DNA from: a virus
Strand: one strand, 5' to 3'
Length of the DNA: 64,000 nucleotides
IMG/VR virus record: IMGVR_UViG_3300042558_000825
Location: 45,531 to 109,530 of that record
The notes below the pieces were generated by a model. The model saw only the letters and a program-made list of their open reading frames with translations. It was not told where the DNA came from and made no database searches. The position numbers and the translations under genes were made by a program. Below are positions 22,901-32,239 of the stretch, piece by piece. The number at the start of each line of letters is the position of its first letter. Position 1 is the first letter of the stretch.

Positions 22901-23217
22901 GTACCTAAATCAGGCTGACTATTCCACATACCATAACTGTTAGGGTTCTTAATATATTCTCCCCACCCTGTATTTGCGCTTGATGGTGTGGTTACTCCGT
23001 AAAAAGGACTCATGTAACTAACAGTTACCCATGCGTTACTATCATTAGGATCTGATCCACCTAAATCACTAATATAGACTTGTAATCTACCAGAACGAAT
23101 AGGATCTATATTGTCTTTAACAATACCAAATAAAGGTACGCTACGTAATACTGCACCGCCTGCATCCGGTTGACTTGCCTTAGTACTACCTCTAGGTTTT
23201 ATTTCATCATATGCCAT
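19978..23217 (-). CDS. gp5: Baseplate central spike (gp5/VgrG-like OB-fold plus beta-helix) with long Ala/Gly-rich C-terminal extension
   Basis: GIVKDNIDPIRSGRLQVYI...PDLGTTVICIFINGDPNYGFWIG is a gp5 OB-fold pattern. GHTLVMDD/GHQILMSDD are beta-helix repeats. No lysozyme motif seen. Confidence 0.8.
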   Translation of the reverse strand: MAYDEIKPRGSTKASQPDAGGAVLRSVPLFGIVKDNIDPIRSGRLQVYISDLGGSDPNDSNAWVTVSYMSPFYGVTTPSSANTGWGEYIKNPNSYGMWNSQPDLGTTVICIFINGDPNYGFWIGCVPQPEALQMVPAIGGTDNIVANAGEAKGLGGAVRLPVTNLNTNNAGLANSNKFLTDAKPVHSYVASILSQQGLIRDPIRGVIGSSAQRETPSRVGWGVSTPGRPIYEGGFTDETIANAATSEKPTGLKVVARRGGHTLVMDDGDILGKDQLVRLRSSLGHQILMSDDGQTLFIIHANGQSYIELGKEGTIDMYSTNSFNVRTQGDLNLHADNNININAGKQLNISADTIAISSEKETTQKVGTDFSLYASGQYTTKVDGKMSFASAADSSFYSDAITYFNGSKINLNTGASSLIPQEVKPLPITAHTDTLNDATKGWAAAPGKLLSIVSRAPAHAPWASANQGVDVKVNNNASAALPSAPSPAVAAANASAGAPTTPVSVAVASTVPPSSAISAALDKNTTGTMVGQISTLAATGPAAAAVKLGAGVVETAQGAVAAVGAMAQSPAQMEAGGVIKPGSAALVNNLIQGGKTIQQALTPNLFTGKVAENLTSYVNNPVAQVVTQVATFTQAQSALTSTGLITGKESGASIAGLVMSAATAGVQNTVNLVSNAASAVTGAVNGAISNVVGAATGALNSVLGSASSLVSAGNFAGNLASTVTGGLSSIAGALGGMAKGAVAGIAGLLDSAKGVAGSAFAAITGAFPTLTAGVPQNIKEITEKAQAAAQAPSAGGIAGALSAVTGGITGAIGAVTGGITGALGAVTGAASGLLKTASGITANLSTGLGALPGGASVVASVVNNAVGAINSVPGVSAVTGLIGQASSITNGISNLASVNPLASSGILTAATGAAGALTKGLDDLKSGKLSLASLASAGLPAGAAAQLNSAISSMSSGGAVPIKLPTVAINTNDRSELTAQVTSLLGNSKIPAPNYGGLSSSIKAESDRLNELVKQQQALVVEKDEQQKKVRQARDAFVQARDNLPPGDPAIDIAKQTYIAEVKAFGDITDKISAIANKA

Positions 23218-23220
23218 ATA

Positions 23221-25665
23221 TTATGCTCCGCCCCTTGGTCTGCCGTTAACGGGTTCATCTCTGCCACCTTGATTTGCGGGTTGTTTTGTGGGATTTACTA
23301 TGTTATCATCATCTTTTTCAGTGGCCGCATTAAGAGCTTTGTTTGTAGAATTAGCTCCTGCACCTGCAGTGGCAGCCAATCTAGCAGTTTCAGCGGCTGA
23401 TTCATTTGGTGCATAAGCATATCTATTTCCAGCTTCATTTAATCTATTGCCTTCAGCACCTGATTGGTTTGCTGTACTTTCAAATCTAGTAGATGATGCA
23501 ATTGGTCTACCACCTGGATTAGTGGATTCTTTATTTATTATATCTGTCATAGGATTTATAATACATCCTAGTTCTTGTGTAAATTTACCTTTTGCAAAAC
23601 TGCTAGTTACTTCTATAACCTGATAACTTATTCCCTTAACAATTGATGCAACTTCTTTAGGATACTTCCAAAATAATATAGATTCATTTATTGTTAACAA
23701 CCCGTTATCATTACTATAATCTTCTGCTTCTTTAAAATCTATTTCAATAAACACTTGACCACCGTTTGGATTGATAGTAAATCCTTTGCCATAAAATTGA
23801 CGATATATTTGATTTGCTGAACTAGGGCTATCTTGCATTAAAAAATCAGGGTCACCCATAATAGTAACTTTTGCACTAGCATAATTACCTGGATCAAATA
23901 AACTAGTTAGATATGAATTTTGTGCTTCTTTACCTAAATCTAATTTACCTGTTCTATCTTCATTTTGTCGTTTACCCGGTTGAGTAGCTATATCTTGTCC
24001 GCCACCTTGACTAGCCGGTGCACCAGTTGGATTGTTTGCGGCAATGAAATATGCATTATCTAACTTCTGTTCATAATTTATGATTTCTGAATTCTTTCCA
24101 GTAAACCAATATTCATATCGTTTGTGTGGTCCGTAATATTTTGTAGTCTTGGTTACGTATGGGCTAGTAACGTATGGTGTTTCATATGGCTGTATGATAT
24201 ATGTAATCTTATATGCAAAGTCACCGGCTACTGTATCAAACCCTAAACATTTAACTTCAGAACCTAAATTATACCATTTAATGGCATCTGGTTTAGGATC
24301 AGGAACATTAGGGCCGCCTTGATTAGCTGGTACTGGTTGAACAGTTGATTTTATAACTACATTTAATGCATTTTCTAAATAGCTACTTTGTGATATAATT
24401 GAGCCTAATGCTTGCATAATAGATACATCATTCGCAAAAGTAATAGTCCTACTATTGCCATTAGGTGTAGCGGTTACAGAGACACCCTCATTAACTTGAT
24501 TTACATTTTTAGCTAAACTCATAGGCCATTTTGATTTATTTAAATCAGCAATACTTACAATTGTTGCACCACCTATATCTACTTCAGAATTTCCTAAAAA
24601 TACAACATCATATTCATTTGGTATAATACCATCAGGTGTTTCCGAATTAACTCTATTTTGTTGGTATTCATTTAATTGTGTTATTAAACCGTTAGGACCT
24701 TTCAATATTTCTTTTATTGTACTACCTTCATATCTACCGCCTTTATCCAATCTACCAAATTTTACACCAAATGCAGTTTGAGGAGCAATAGGGGCAGCTA
24801 TAATATTATATACGGTCATCTTACCGTCAAGTTTAAATTTAAAACTTTTAATTTTAATATCAAAAAATCTTTCATATACTCCACCCGAGTCACCAGTTAT
24901 ATCTCTATTATCTTTATTATATATTGTGCTTGATGATATCTCTCTTCCTTCTTCATCATACCCTTGAAATCTAATACCTAATACAAAAAATTGTCTGGTT
25001 GCATTAAACAAATCTTTATAATTTTTTAATTTACTTTTATTTTTTAATAACTCTGCGGCATTTGATAATTTTGATATGAATGAAAACCCATATGGTTCAT
25101 AAATGTTAAATGAAATTTCACTATCGTTAGATGCTGTACTAGTTGCGGGACCAGCTGTTTTAGTTTTAATTTTTAATTCATCTATATAATAATCATAATC
25201 AAATGCACGTTTACTTGTTTTATTGTTTATTCCACCGCTCTGTGCTATAATATATGCGCCCGAAAAACCACTTTCAACTTCAGTAGCTACTTGTGGGTTA
25301 GCAACATTATTAATAGCATTAATATTATTTCTTCCAGATAAAATAAATGCATCATACGCATCCGGAGTAATCATATACAACGTAATCTGATATGTGTAAC
25401 TTGACAAACTTCCTAATGGATTTTGAGGGCGCATGCCGGGTTTCTGACTGTCCGGACCTGCACTTTGTGCCTTTGTTTGTTCTGATCTAGGTCTGTCAGC
25501 AGTAATAACTATTTCAGGAACATTATCTAAATTACCAGATGGGTTGGGATTTGCTTCTGCTTGATTTTCTTTATTTGCTCCGCTATCTCCGTCAGCTTCT
25601 CTGGTAAGATTATTGGGATTGGTTTTATTTTCTGTTGCTGGTGGAATTGGTTCAGTGGCTGCCAT
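23221..25665 (-). CDS. Putative baseplate hub protein (gp27-like position)
   Basis: 814 aa ORF between gp53-like and gp5-like genes. C-terminal AKVTIMGDPDFL and YQVIEVTSSFAKGKFTQEL resemble hub protein termini. Confidence 0.55.
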   Translation of the reverse strand: MAATEPIPPATENKTNPNNLTREADGDSGANKENQAEANPNPSGNLDNVPEIVITADRPRSEQTKAQSAGPDSQKPGMRPQNPLGSLSSYTYQITLYMITPDAYDAFILSGRNNINAINNVANPQVATEVESGFSGAYIIAQSGGINNKTSKRAFDYDYYIDELKIKTKTAGPATSTASNDSEISFNIYEPYGFSFISKLSNAAELLKNKSKLKNYKDLFNATRQFFVLGIRFQGYDEEGREISSSTIYNKDNRDITGDSGGVYERFFDIKIKSFKFKLDGKMTVYNIIAAPIAPQTAFGVKFGRLDKGGRYEGSTIKEILKGPNGLITQLNEYQQNRVNSETPDGIIPNEYDVVFLGNSEVDIGGATIVSIADLNKSKWPMSLAKNVNQVNEGVSVTATPNGNSRTITFANDVSIMQALGSIISQSSYLENALNVVIKSTVQPVPANQGGPNVPDPKPDAIKWYNLGSEVKCLGFDTVAGDFAYKITYIIQPYETPYVTSPYVTKTTKYYGPHKRYEYWFTGKNSEIINYEQKLDNAYFIAANNPTGAPASQGGGQDIATQPGKRQNEDRTGKLDLGKEAQNSYLTSLFDPGNYASAKVTIMGDPDFLMQDSPSSANQIYRQFYGKGFTINPNGGQVFIEIDFKEAEDYSNDNGLLTINESILFWKYPKEVASIVKGISYQVIEVTSSFAKGKFTQELGCIINPMTDIINKESTNPGGRPIASSTRFESTANQSGAEGNRLNEAGNRYAYAPNESAAETARLAATAGAGANSTNKALNAATEKDDDNIVNPTKQPANQGGRDEPVNGRPRGGA

Positions 25666-25977
25666 TTATAGTCCCAACAATTGTTTTAAGAAATCTGCCT
25701 TAGGTAAATAAATTCCCACACCTGCAACAAAATCAAAGTAAGGATCTTTTAATCTGTTTGGATTTCTTTGAGCAAATACCCACCACAATCTACTATCAGC
25801 ATATAAGTCATATGCTAACATATCCGGACGATATTCATATAATAATGTGATTTCCCAATATATATCAGATGGCTGTTTATATATAGGTCTATCTATCATT
25901 ACATCTAAAAATTTACTATTAACTATGTCTGTAGCATAGTACGGACTTGTTGCTGGATAAAGAGAGTTGTTTGACAT
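25666..25977 (-). CDS. gp53: Baseplate wedge subunit, LysM-like (gp53-like)
   Basis: YEYRPDMLAYDLYADSRLWWVFAQRNP motif. Start could be 25977 (MSNN) or 25983. Confidence 0.8.
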   Translation of the reverse strand: MSNNSLYPATSPYYATDIVNSKFLDVMIDRPIYKQPSDIYWEITLLYEYRPDMLAYDLYADSRLWWVFAQRNPNRLKDPYFDFVAGVGIYLPKADFLKQLLGL

Positions 25978-27275
25978 TACCATATTCCTCCGCCACTACG
26001 TTTACTACCTTGTAGTAATTTGCCAGTAGCATATTCTGCTAAACTAAATTTATTACTTATATCATTACGTGTTACTATTGGGTAAGCAGTCAATGAAAGT
26101 TGTATCTTTGTAGGTACATATGTAGGCTGTGTGTTAGATTGCTTTTGCCAATTAGGTGCACTTTCAGTACCGCCAAAATTTAAACCACTAACTTGTAATC
26201 TACGACATGCTGTACTATCATCTACTACAATATCATTACCATTGTCATATCCACTTGAATTAACTCCTGATAATAATGTTGGACTACCTGCTCTTATATA
26301 GTCTACATCATTAGGTAGATTATAATTAAATGAACTTATCACTAATGGGTGTCTGTCAAATTGAAACTCTCCCATACCAGATAGATAACATAATGGTGGG
26401 GGAGTGCCTGGTTTAGGAATTTGATCTTGCCCATAAAACATTTTAGTAACCGACCTAAAGAAATGTATCACTGCTAACATGTAATTTGCTTCATCATTGT
26501 CTTGTGCAGTGAAATCACAAGTAATATTAATCTGGTCAATACTACTATTTTTATATTGGAATATTTTATAATTACTATGTATCAATTCACCCGCATCATA
26601 ATGAGCGGCATATGTAACTTGTATTTGGGGTACGTATGGAAAAATGACACCATCTGTTTTTTGTAACGGGCCTAGTATTCCTGGATTTTGTGCTTTATAT
26701 AAATAACCAGCACTTGGTGCTAAACTTAAACGTACACGCCAATCACCTTGTGTTTTTGCATTTTCAGCATCTTGGGTAATTTGTTGTGCCCTAGCTCTAT
26801 CAACTGAACCTTGTAACCCTTGCATTCCACCATATGCACCAATTATATCTTGTTCAGTACGTGGGAGGATTTCACCATTAATTATATCAGCTTCTAATCT
26901 TGCTTTTTCAATTGCATCGTCTACATTAGCTGGTTCGTAATTCTCAATATTTTGTGGTGTTGCGTTAGCTTCTAAGAAGGCATCGGTTGCGGCTTGAGTT
27001 TGTCCAGTAACTGGTGCTGGTGTTGCGTTGTCTACTTTAGTTGTGGCCGGGGGCGGGGCGGGTTGTGTCGCAGGCTTTGATGCGGCAGTTATTTGGGCCT
27101 GAACAGATGCAATATTTTCATTTAATACTATAACCTCTGCCTTTAATCTTGCAATATAGGCAGCGTTCATTTGATAATTAGGATTGATATTAGCCAGACT
27201 CTGGAGTTTTATCCTCAATGATTCTCTGAGTGCCGCTAGCTCTACGGTTAATGCGCCTATATTAGCTGTTCCCAT
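25977..27275 (-). CDS. Putative tail tube initiator / baseplate-tube junction protein (gp48/gp54-like)
   Basis: GVIFPYVPQIQVTY...INITCDFTAQ...PPPLCYLSG...LVISSFNYNLP resembles the tube-fold initiator pattern. First gene of the baseplate operon. Confidence 0.55.
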   Translation of the reverse strand: MGTANIGALTVELAALRESLRIKLQSLANINPNYQMNAAYIARLKAEVIVLNENIASVQAQITAASKPATQPAPPPATTKVDNATPAPVTGQTQAATDAFLEANATPQNIENYEPANVDDAIEKARLEADIINGEILPRTEQDIIGAYGGMQGLQGSVDRARAQQITQDAENAKTQGDWRVRLSLAPSAGYLYKAQNPGILGPLQKTDGVIFPYVPQIQVTYAAHYDAGELIHSNYKIFQYKNSSIDQINITCDFTAQDNDEANYMLAVIHFFRSVTKMFYGQDQIPKPGTPPPLCYLSGMGEFQFDRHPLVISSFNYNLPNDVDYIRAGSPTLLSGVNSSGYDNGNDIVVDDSTACRRLQVSGLNFGGTESAPNWQKQSNTQPTYVPTKIQLSLTAYPIVTRNDISNKFSLAEYATGKLLQGSKRSGGGIW

Positions 27276-27339
27276 GGTGTTATACCTTTACTAAATAGTA
27301 TTTATCGCTATAAAATTTACCCTTTTTTCTATATTGTTG

Positions 27340-27368
27340 TTGCTTTTCAACAACAAAAGTGTTACAAT
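27340..27368 (+). promoter_or_regulatory. Sigma70-type promoter for gp55 with an overlapping inverted repeat
   Basis: TTGCTT-N17-TACAAT with extended TG. A perfect 9 bp inverted repeat TTGTTGTTG-N5-CAACAACAA (27334-27356) covers the -35. Confidence 0.65.
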
Positions 27369-27392
27369 ATATAAAAACATAACAAGGAAACT

Positions 27393-28304
27393 ATGTCTCT
27401 ACTCCCCGCACCACGCAAACCCGTCAACTATCTAAATAACAAAGATATTCTAAAAGAGATACACGAAAGTAAAAACGCATATTGCTGTTTTACTAAACCA
27501 GAATATCATCGCTATGATTTTATTGTAGATATGCCGCAATCACCAATTGAAGATAGTCTAGCTTATGCTTTCAAACCAGAAACTATTCAACAAGCAAAAG
27601 AAACACGGGCACTACGTCTTAGTTTAGAACAGGGTAGTAAAGACAGTGTTAGCCCCGATTCAATAGAATTAACAGATTTAATATTTCGTGTAATGACTTG
27701 GGATCATGTTCCGGTCGCACCAAAACAACCCCGCAAAACAGTTAAAAAGAAAACAGCAAAGGACATCTTTGAGTTTGAGGAAGTAGATCCAGATGAGATT
27801 TTTGCTGATTTAGAAGATAATACAACTAAAGCTGAAGTAGACGACATGGTTCATGTTAAAGTTAACTTCCCCCCATTCCAACATTATAAAATTGACAGCA
27901 ACAACACATTCTATTGTGTAGGTAAAAGTCATTGGGAAGGCGATCTAGCAACCGGTGCTTTTAATAAAGAACACGGAAACATCACTAACAAACTTGCCCG
28001 AATGTACATTATGATGTGCGAAAAATACGCAATGAAATATAATTGGCGTGGATACACCTACAACGATGAAATGCGTAACTCAGCTATCCTTCAACTAACA
28101 TATGTTGGCTTACGTTTTAATGAAGCTAAATCAGCTAACCCGTTTGCTTACTACACGGCTGCTATAACAAATAGTTTCTGTCGTGTATTGAATACGGAAA
28201 AACGCAATCAAAACATACGTGATGATATCTTAGAAATCAATGGTCTTAACCCAAGTTGGAGTCGTCAAGGTTCCGGGTCAAGTAGTACAGTATACGAAGA
28301 ATAA
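27393..28304 (+). CDS. gp55: Late transcription sigma factor (T4 gp55-like)
   Basis: NYLNNKDIL, NWRGYTYNDEM and FNEAKSANPFAYYTAAITNSF motifs. Located immediately upstream of gp47-gp46 as in T4-like phages. Confidence 0.85.
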   Translation: MSLLPAPRKPVNYLNNKDILKEIHESKNAYCCFTKPEYHRYDFIVDMPQSPIEDSLAYAFKPETIQQAKETRALRLSLEQGSKDSVSPDSIELTDLIFRVMTWDHVPVAPKQPRKTVKKKTAKDIFEFEEVDPDEIFADLEDNTTKAEVDDMVHVKVNFPPFQHYKIDSNNTFYCVGKSHWEGDLATGAFNKEHGNITNKLARMYIMMCEKYAMKYNWRGYTYNDEMRNSAILQLTYVGLRFNEAKSANPFAYYTAAITNSFCRVLNTEKRNQNIRDDILEINGLNPSWSRQGSGSSSTVYEE

Positions 28305-28318
28305 TTTGTCCAATGGCA

Positions 28319-28347
28319 TTGCTTTGTAGTGCCACATCCTTTATAAT
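28319..28347 (+). promoter_or_regulatory. Sigma70-type promoter for gp47 (probably leaderless transcript)
   Basis: TTGCTT-N17-TATAAT. The ATG at 28354 follows only 6 nt after the -10, with no Shine-Dalgarno. Confidence 0.65.
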
Positions 28348-28353
28348 CAACAT

Positions 28354-29367
28354 ATGAGTAACCTTTTCAAAAAAGCCGCTGTGTTCACCGATATTCATTT
28401 TGGATTGAAGTCAAACAGCCTACAACATAATCAAGACTGTGCCAATTTCGTAGATTGGTTCATCACTAAAGCTAAGGCTGAAGGATGTGAAACTTGTTTC
28501 TTCTTAGGTGATTTTAATCATCATAGAGCAAGTATTAATATTCATACATTACAATTTGGCTTACAAGCATTAGAGAAACTAAGTGCAGCCTTTGATAGAG
28601 TGTTCTTTATCCCGGGTAATCACGATTTATACTATCGTGATCGCCGTGACATTCATAGTGTTGAATGGGCTAAACATCTACCTAATCTTACAATTGTTAA
28701 TGACTTCTTTACTGAAGGTGATGTAACTATTGCACCATGGCTTGTACAAGATGATTACAAAAAATTAAAAAAACTAAGTGGCAAATATATGTTTGGTCAT
28801 TTTGAATTACCTCACTTCTACATGAATGCCATGATAGAGATGCCCGATCATGGTGAACTTAATAGTGAACATTTAAATGGGTTTGATAAAGTGTTCAGTG
28901 GTCATTTCCATAAACGTCAAAGCAAAAAGAATGTGTGGTATATAGGTAATGCTTTCCCACATAATTATGCAGATGCAGGTGATGACGCACGTGGCATGAT
29001 GGTACTTGAATGGGGACAAGATCCACAATTCTTTAGTTGGCCAAGACAACCATTATATCGTATATATAAACTAAGTGATGTACTAGAAAACCCTGAAGGC
29101 TTGCTATTGATTGACAGCCATGTTAGAGTACATCTTGACATTGATATTTCATATGAGGAAGCTAACTTCATTAGAGAAACACTAATCCCAGAACATAAAT
29201 TAAGAGAAATGGCATTGATACCTATTAAAGCAGAACAAACAGAGATAGCTGGTTCAGATGGATTACGGTTTGAGAGTGTTGACCAAATCGTCATTGACCA
29301 AATTAATTCTATTGAATCAAATACTTTTGACAAAAAACTATTGTTGGACATTTATAATAACTTATGA
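28354..29367 (+). CDS. gp47: Recombination endonuclease, Mre11/SbcD-like
   Basis: Metallophosphoesterase motifs DIHFG, LGD, GNHD, FGHFE and SGHFH. Confidence 0.92.
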   Translation: MSNLFKKAAVFTDIHFGLKSNSLQHNQDCANFVDWFITKAKAEGCETCFFLGDFNHHRASINIHTLQFGLQALEKLSAAFDRVFFIPGNHDLYYRDRRDIHSVEWAKHLPNLTIVNDFFTEGDVTIAPWLVQDDYKKLKKLSGKYMFGHFELPHFYMNAMIEMPDHGELNSEHLNGFDKVFSGHFHKRQSKKNVWYIGNAFPHNYADAGDDARGMMVLEWGQDPQFFSWPRQPLYRIYKLSDVLENPEGLLLIDSHVRVHLDIDISYEEANFIRETLIPEHKLREMALIPIKAEQTEIAGSDGLRFESVDQIVIDQINSIESNTFDKKLLLDIYNNL

Positions 29368-29570
29368 CCTACAAAGTAGCTTCTCTTATAAAAATAAACA
29401 AACATTTAGGTATTGCGTTATCTGAACTATCAAAAACACAACCCTATATAGGTAGTTTCAGAGAAACACATAGATTGATTAGTGCCAAACTTAAAGTAGA
29501 AAGTATTATGGAAAAAACATTAAAGGCAGAACAACTAGCCAAAGATAGTTTTTTTAGAAAATTAAAATGA
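29364..29570 (+). CDS. Small hypothetical protein
   Basis: 68 aa, fills the gap exactly and overlaps both gp47 and gp46 by ATGA junctions (translational coupling). Confidence 0.6.
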   Translation: MTYKVASLIKINKHLGIALSELSKTQPYIGSFRETHRLISAKLKVESIMEKTLKAEQLAKDSFFRKLK

Positions 29571-31639
29571 TTACATTAAAGAATATTACATTACGGAATT
29601 TTTTATCAATAGGTCAAGTAACACAAGCAGTTTGTTTTGACCGACAAGACTTAACACTTATTCTAGGTGAAAACTTAGACTTAGGTGGTGACGGTGCTCG
29701 TAATGGTACGGGTAAGACAACCCTCATTCAGGGTCTATCCTACGCACTGTTTGGTGTACCAATCAATAGCATTCGTAAAGATAACCTAGTCAATCGTACT
29801 AATGGTAAGGGTATGATGGTTACACTAGAGTTTAGCGTAGATGGTATTGACTATAAGATTGAACGTGGTCGTAAACCAAACATCTTAAAGTTCTATGTTA
29901 ACAACGATTTACAAAAGAACACAGATGATGCACAGGGTGAGAACAAAGAAACACAACAAGCAATTGAAAGTGTGATACACATGAGTGCCGATATGTTCAA
30001 ACATATTGTTGTGTTGAATACTTACAGCGAACCGTTCTTAGCATTAAAAACTAATGACCAACGTGATATCATTGAACAGTTATTGGGTATTACATTACTA
30101 TCTGAGAAAGCTGAGGTCATTAAGAACATGATACGTGATAGCAAAGATAGTATTCAACAAGAAGAATATCGTGTTAAGGGTATTGAAGAAGCAAACAAAC
30201 GTGTCAAGGAGCAGATTGATGCATTGAAACGTAGGCAAACATTGTGGCTAAAGAAACACGATGATGATTTGACAGCCTTAGCATTACAATATGATGAACT
30301 AAGTAAAATTAATATTGAAGTAGAATTACAAGCACACAAAGATTTGAATGTTTGGACTAAACAAAAAGAGGCACAGGATGCATACAATGCGTTGATTGCT
30401 CGTTCTACCGCTTGGCAACAGAAACATGACACAGATGTTTCAATAGCACATAAGGCTTACTCTCTTAAAAATGAGTATGATATTGACGCTGAACTCAAAG
30501 TCTGGACTGATTTAAAAGATTGGCTACATGACGAAGCAGAACAAAAATCTATAGCAACCATAATTGATACCCTAACCAAAAGTATTACAAAAGAAAAAAA
30601 ATTAATTGACAAATTGGTTCGGGAAGTTAAAGAACTTGAGGATCATAAGTGCTATGCTTGTGGACAAGACTTCCATGATGATAAGCATTTAGAGGTCACA
30701 TTAGAAAAAACTACTCTACTTGAAAACGCCCGTGCTGAATTAATTCATTTTGAAACGCAATTATCAATCAATGAATCATTGGTTAGTGTGTTAGGTACTA
30801 AACCTACTCCATCGTACAAAACTGAAGCGGAAGCTATTCGGCACAGTGGTGATGTATCTAACTTGAAGAAAGTATGGGAAGATAAGAAACAAGAATCTAA
30901 TCCTTTCAGTGAGCAACTAAATGAGTTGACTCCTATAGTTTTAGGTCCACAGCCTACTACTCATTATGACACAGAAGCCGAAGCAATTAAACATTCAAGC
31001 GAAGTTGCTAATATTATTAATCAGATTGATAATAAGTCACAAGAAACTGATCCATATAGTGAACAAGTAGTTGAGATGGAAACACAAGCACTACAAGCTA
31101 TTGATTTTGAAGCTATCAATAAATTAACACGCACTATGGAACATCAAAAGTTCTTGTTAGATTTGTTAGTTAGCAAAGACAGTTTTGTTCGTAAGAAGAT
31201 TATTGACCAGAACTTAAGTTACTTGAATGCACGATTGACACATTACTTAGATAAAATTGGGTTACCCCATCAGGTTATCTTCCAGAATGACTTACAAGTT
31301 GAGATTACCGAGCTCGGGCGTGAACTTGACTTTGACAACTTGTCAAGGGGAGAACGTAACCGTTTGATTCTTGGCTTAAGTTTTGCGTTTAGAGATGTAT
31401 GGGAAAGTTTATATCGTCCAATCAATACATTGTTCATTGATGAGTTGATTGATAGTGGGCTTGACACAATGGGAGTTGAGAATGCTATTGCGATTCTGAA
31501 AGACATGAGCCGACGCAGACAGAAAAGTATTTGGCTTGTAAGTCACCGTGAAGAACTAGCCGGGCGTGTGCCTAGTGTTCTTAAGGTGATTAAAGAAAAT
31601 GGTTTTACCTCATACTCAACAGCGGTTGATACAGAATAA
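29567..31639 (+). CDS. gp46: Recombination ATPase, Rad50/SbcC-like
   Basis: Walker A NGTGKT, coiled coils, CYAC zinc hook, signature LSRGE, Walker B LFIDE and H-loop VSH. Confidence 0.93.
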   Translation: MITLKNITLRNFLSIGQVTQAVCFDRQDLTLILGENLDLGGDGARNGTGKTTLIQGLSYALFGVPINSIRKDNLVNRTNGKGMMVTLEFSVDGIDYKIERGRKPNILKFYVNNDLQKNTDDAQGENKETQQAIESVIHMSADMFKHIVVLNTYSEPFLALKTNDQRDIIEQLLGITLLSEKAEVIKNMIRDSKDSIQQEEYRVKGIEEANKRVKEQIDALKRRQTLWLKKHDDDLTALALQYDELSKINIEVELQAHKDLNVWTKQKEAQDAYNALIARSTAWQQKHDTDVSIAHKAYSLKNEYDIDAELKVWTDLKDWLHDEAEQKSIATIIDTLTKSITKEKKLIDKLVREVKELEDHKCYACGQDFHDDKHLEVTLEKTTLLENARAELIHFETQLSINESLVSVLGTKPTPSYKTEAEAIRHSGDVSNLKKVWEDKKQESNPFSEQLNELTPIVLGPQPTTHYDTEAEAIKHSSEVANIINQIDNKSQETDPYSEQVVEMETQALQAIDFEAINKLTRTMEHQKFLLDLLVSKDSFVRKKIIDQNLSYLNARLTHYLDKIGLPHQVIFQNDLQVEITELGRELDFDNLSRGERNRLILGLSFAFRDVWESLYRPINTLFIDELIDSGLDTMGVENAIAILKDMSRRRQKSIWLVSHREELAGRVPSVLKVIKENGFTSYSTAVDTE

Positions 31640-31673
31640 TTTCAAATAGACACAGAGACAGATAAGTATTAAC

Positions 31674-32228
31674 ATGACATCACCACAGAAAGCTAAAGGA
31701 TCAGGATTTGAGAGAGAAGTTGCAAAGTTTCTTTCTGACCTATATGGCGAAAGCTTTATAAGAGCACCTGGTTCCGGAGCTTATATTGGTGGTAAAAATC
31801 AGCATAGAACAGCAGTATTACATGAGGGACAAGTACGTTCTTTTAAAGGTGATATTGTACCCGGTCAAAGTTTCAGTAAAATGAACATTGAATGTAAGTT
31901 CTATGCAGATTTTCCTTTTCACTTACTACTTTCAGGCGACTGTAAAGTAATAAATACATGGATTGAACAATTAATGGACGTTGCCGAAACAGGTGATGTA
32001 AATTTATTGTTTATGAAGTTTAATAGAAAAGGTCGTTATGTTGCCGTGCAATGCGGCTCAACATGGATAACAGACAATTTTGTCTATTATTCGTCAAGCA
32101 AGTTTGGCGATTGGCTAATCGTTGAATTTGATGACTTTTTCCTACACAACAGTGCATTATTAAAAACCTATTCGGCAACACCAGACACAACGTCAAATCA
32201 AACTGTTATCAATATCCCAACAACATAA
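31674..32228 (+). CDS. Holliday junction resolvase-like PD-(D/E)xK nuclease
   Basis: KAKGSGFEREVA...GDIV...IECK is the Hjc-like pattern. Follows gp46. Confidence 0.75.
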   Translation: MTSPQKAKGSGFEREVAKFLSDLYGESFIRAPGSGAYIGGKNQHRTAVLHEGQVRSFKGDIVPGQSFSKMNIECKFYADFPFHLLLSGDCKVINTWIEQLMDVAETGDVNLLFMKFNRKGRYVAVQCGSTWITDNFVYYSSSKFGDWLIVEFDDFFLHNSALLKTYSATPDTTSNQTVINIPTT

Positions 32229-32239
32229 TCAAATAAAAA

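Noticed and set aside
27340-28347. T4 MotA-box middle promoters (TTGCTT)
   Set aside because: Both TTGCTT copies are 17 nt from the -10, which fits an ordinary -35 rather than the closer MotA spacing.
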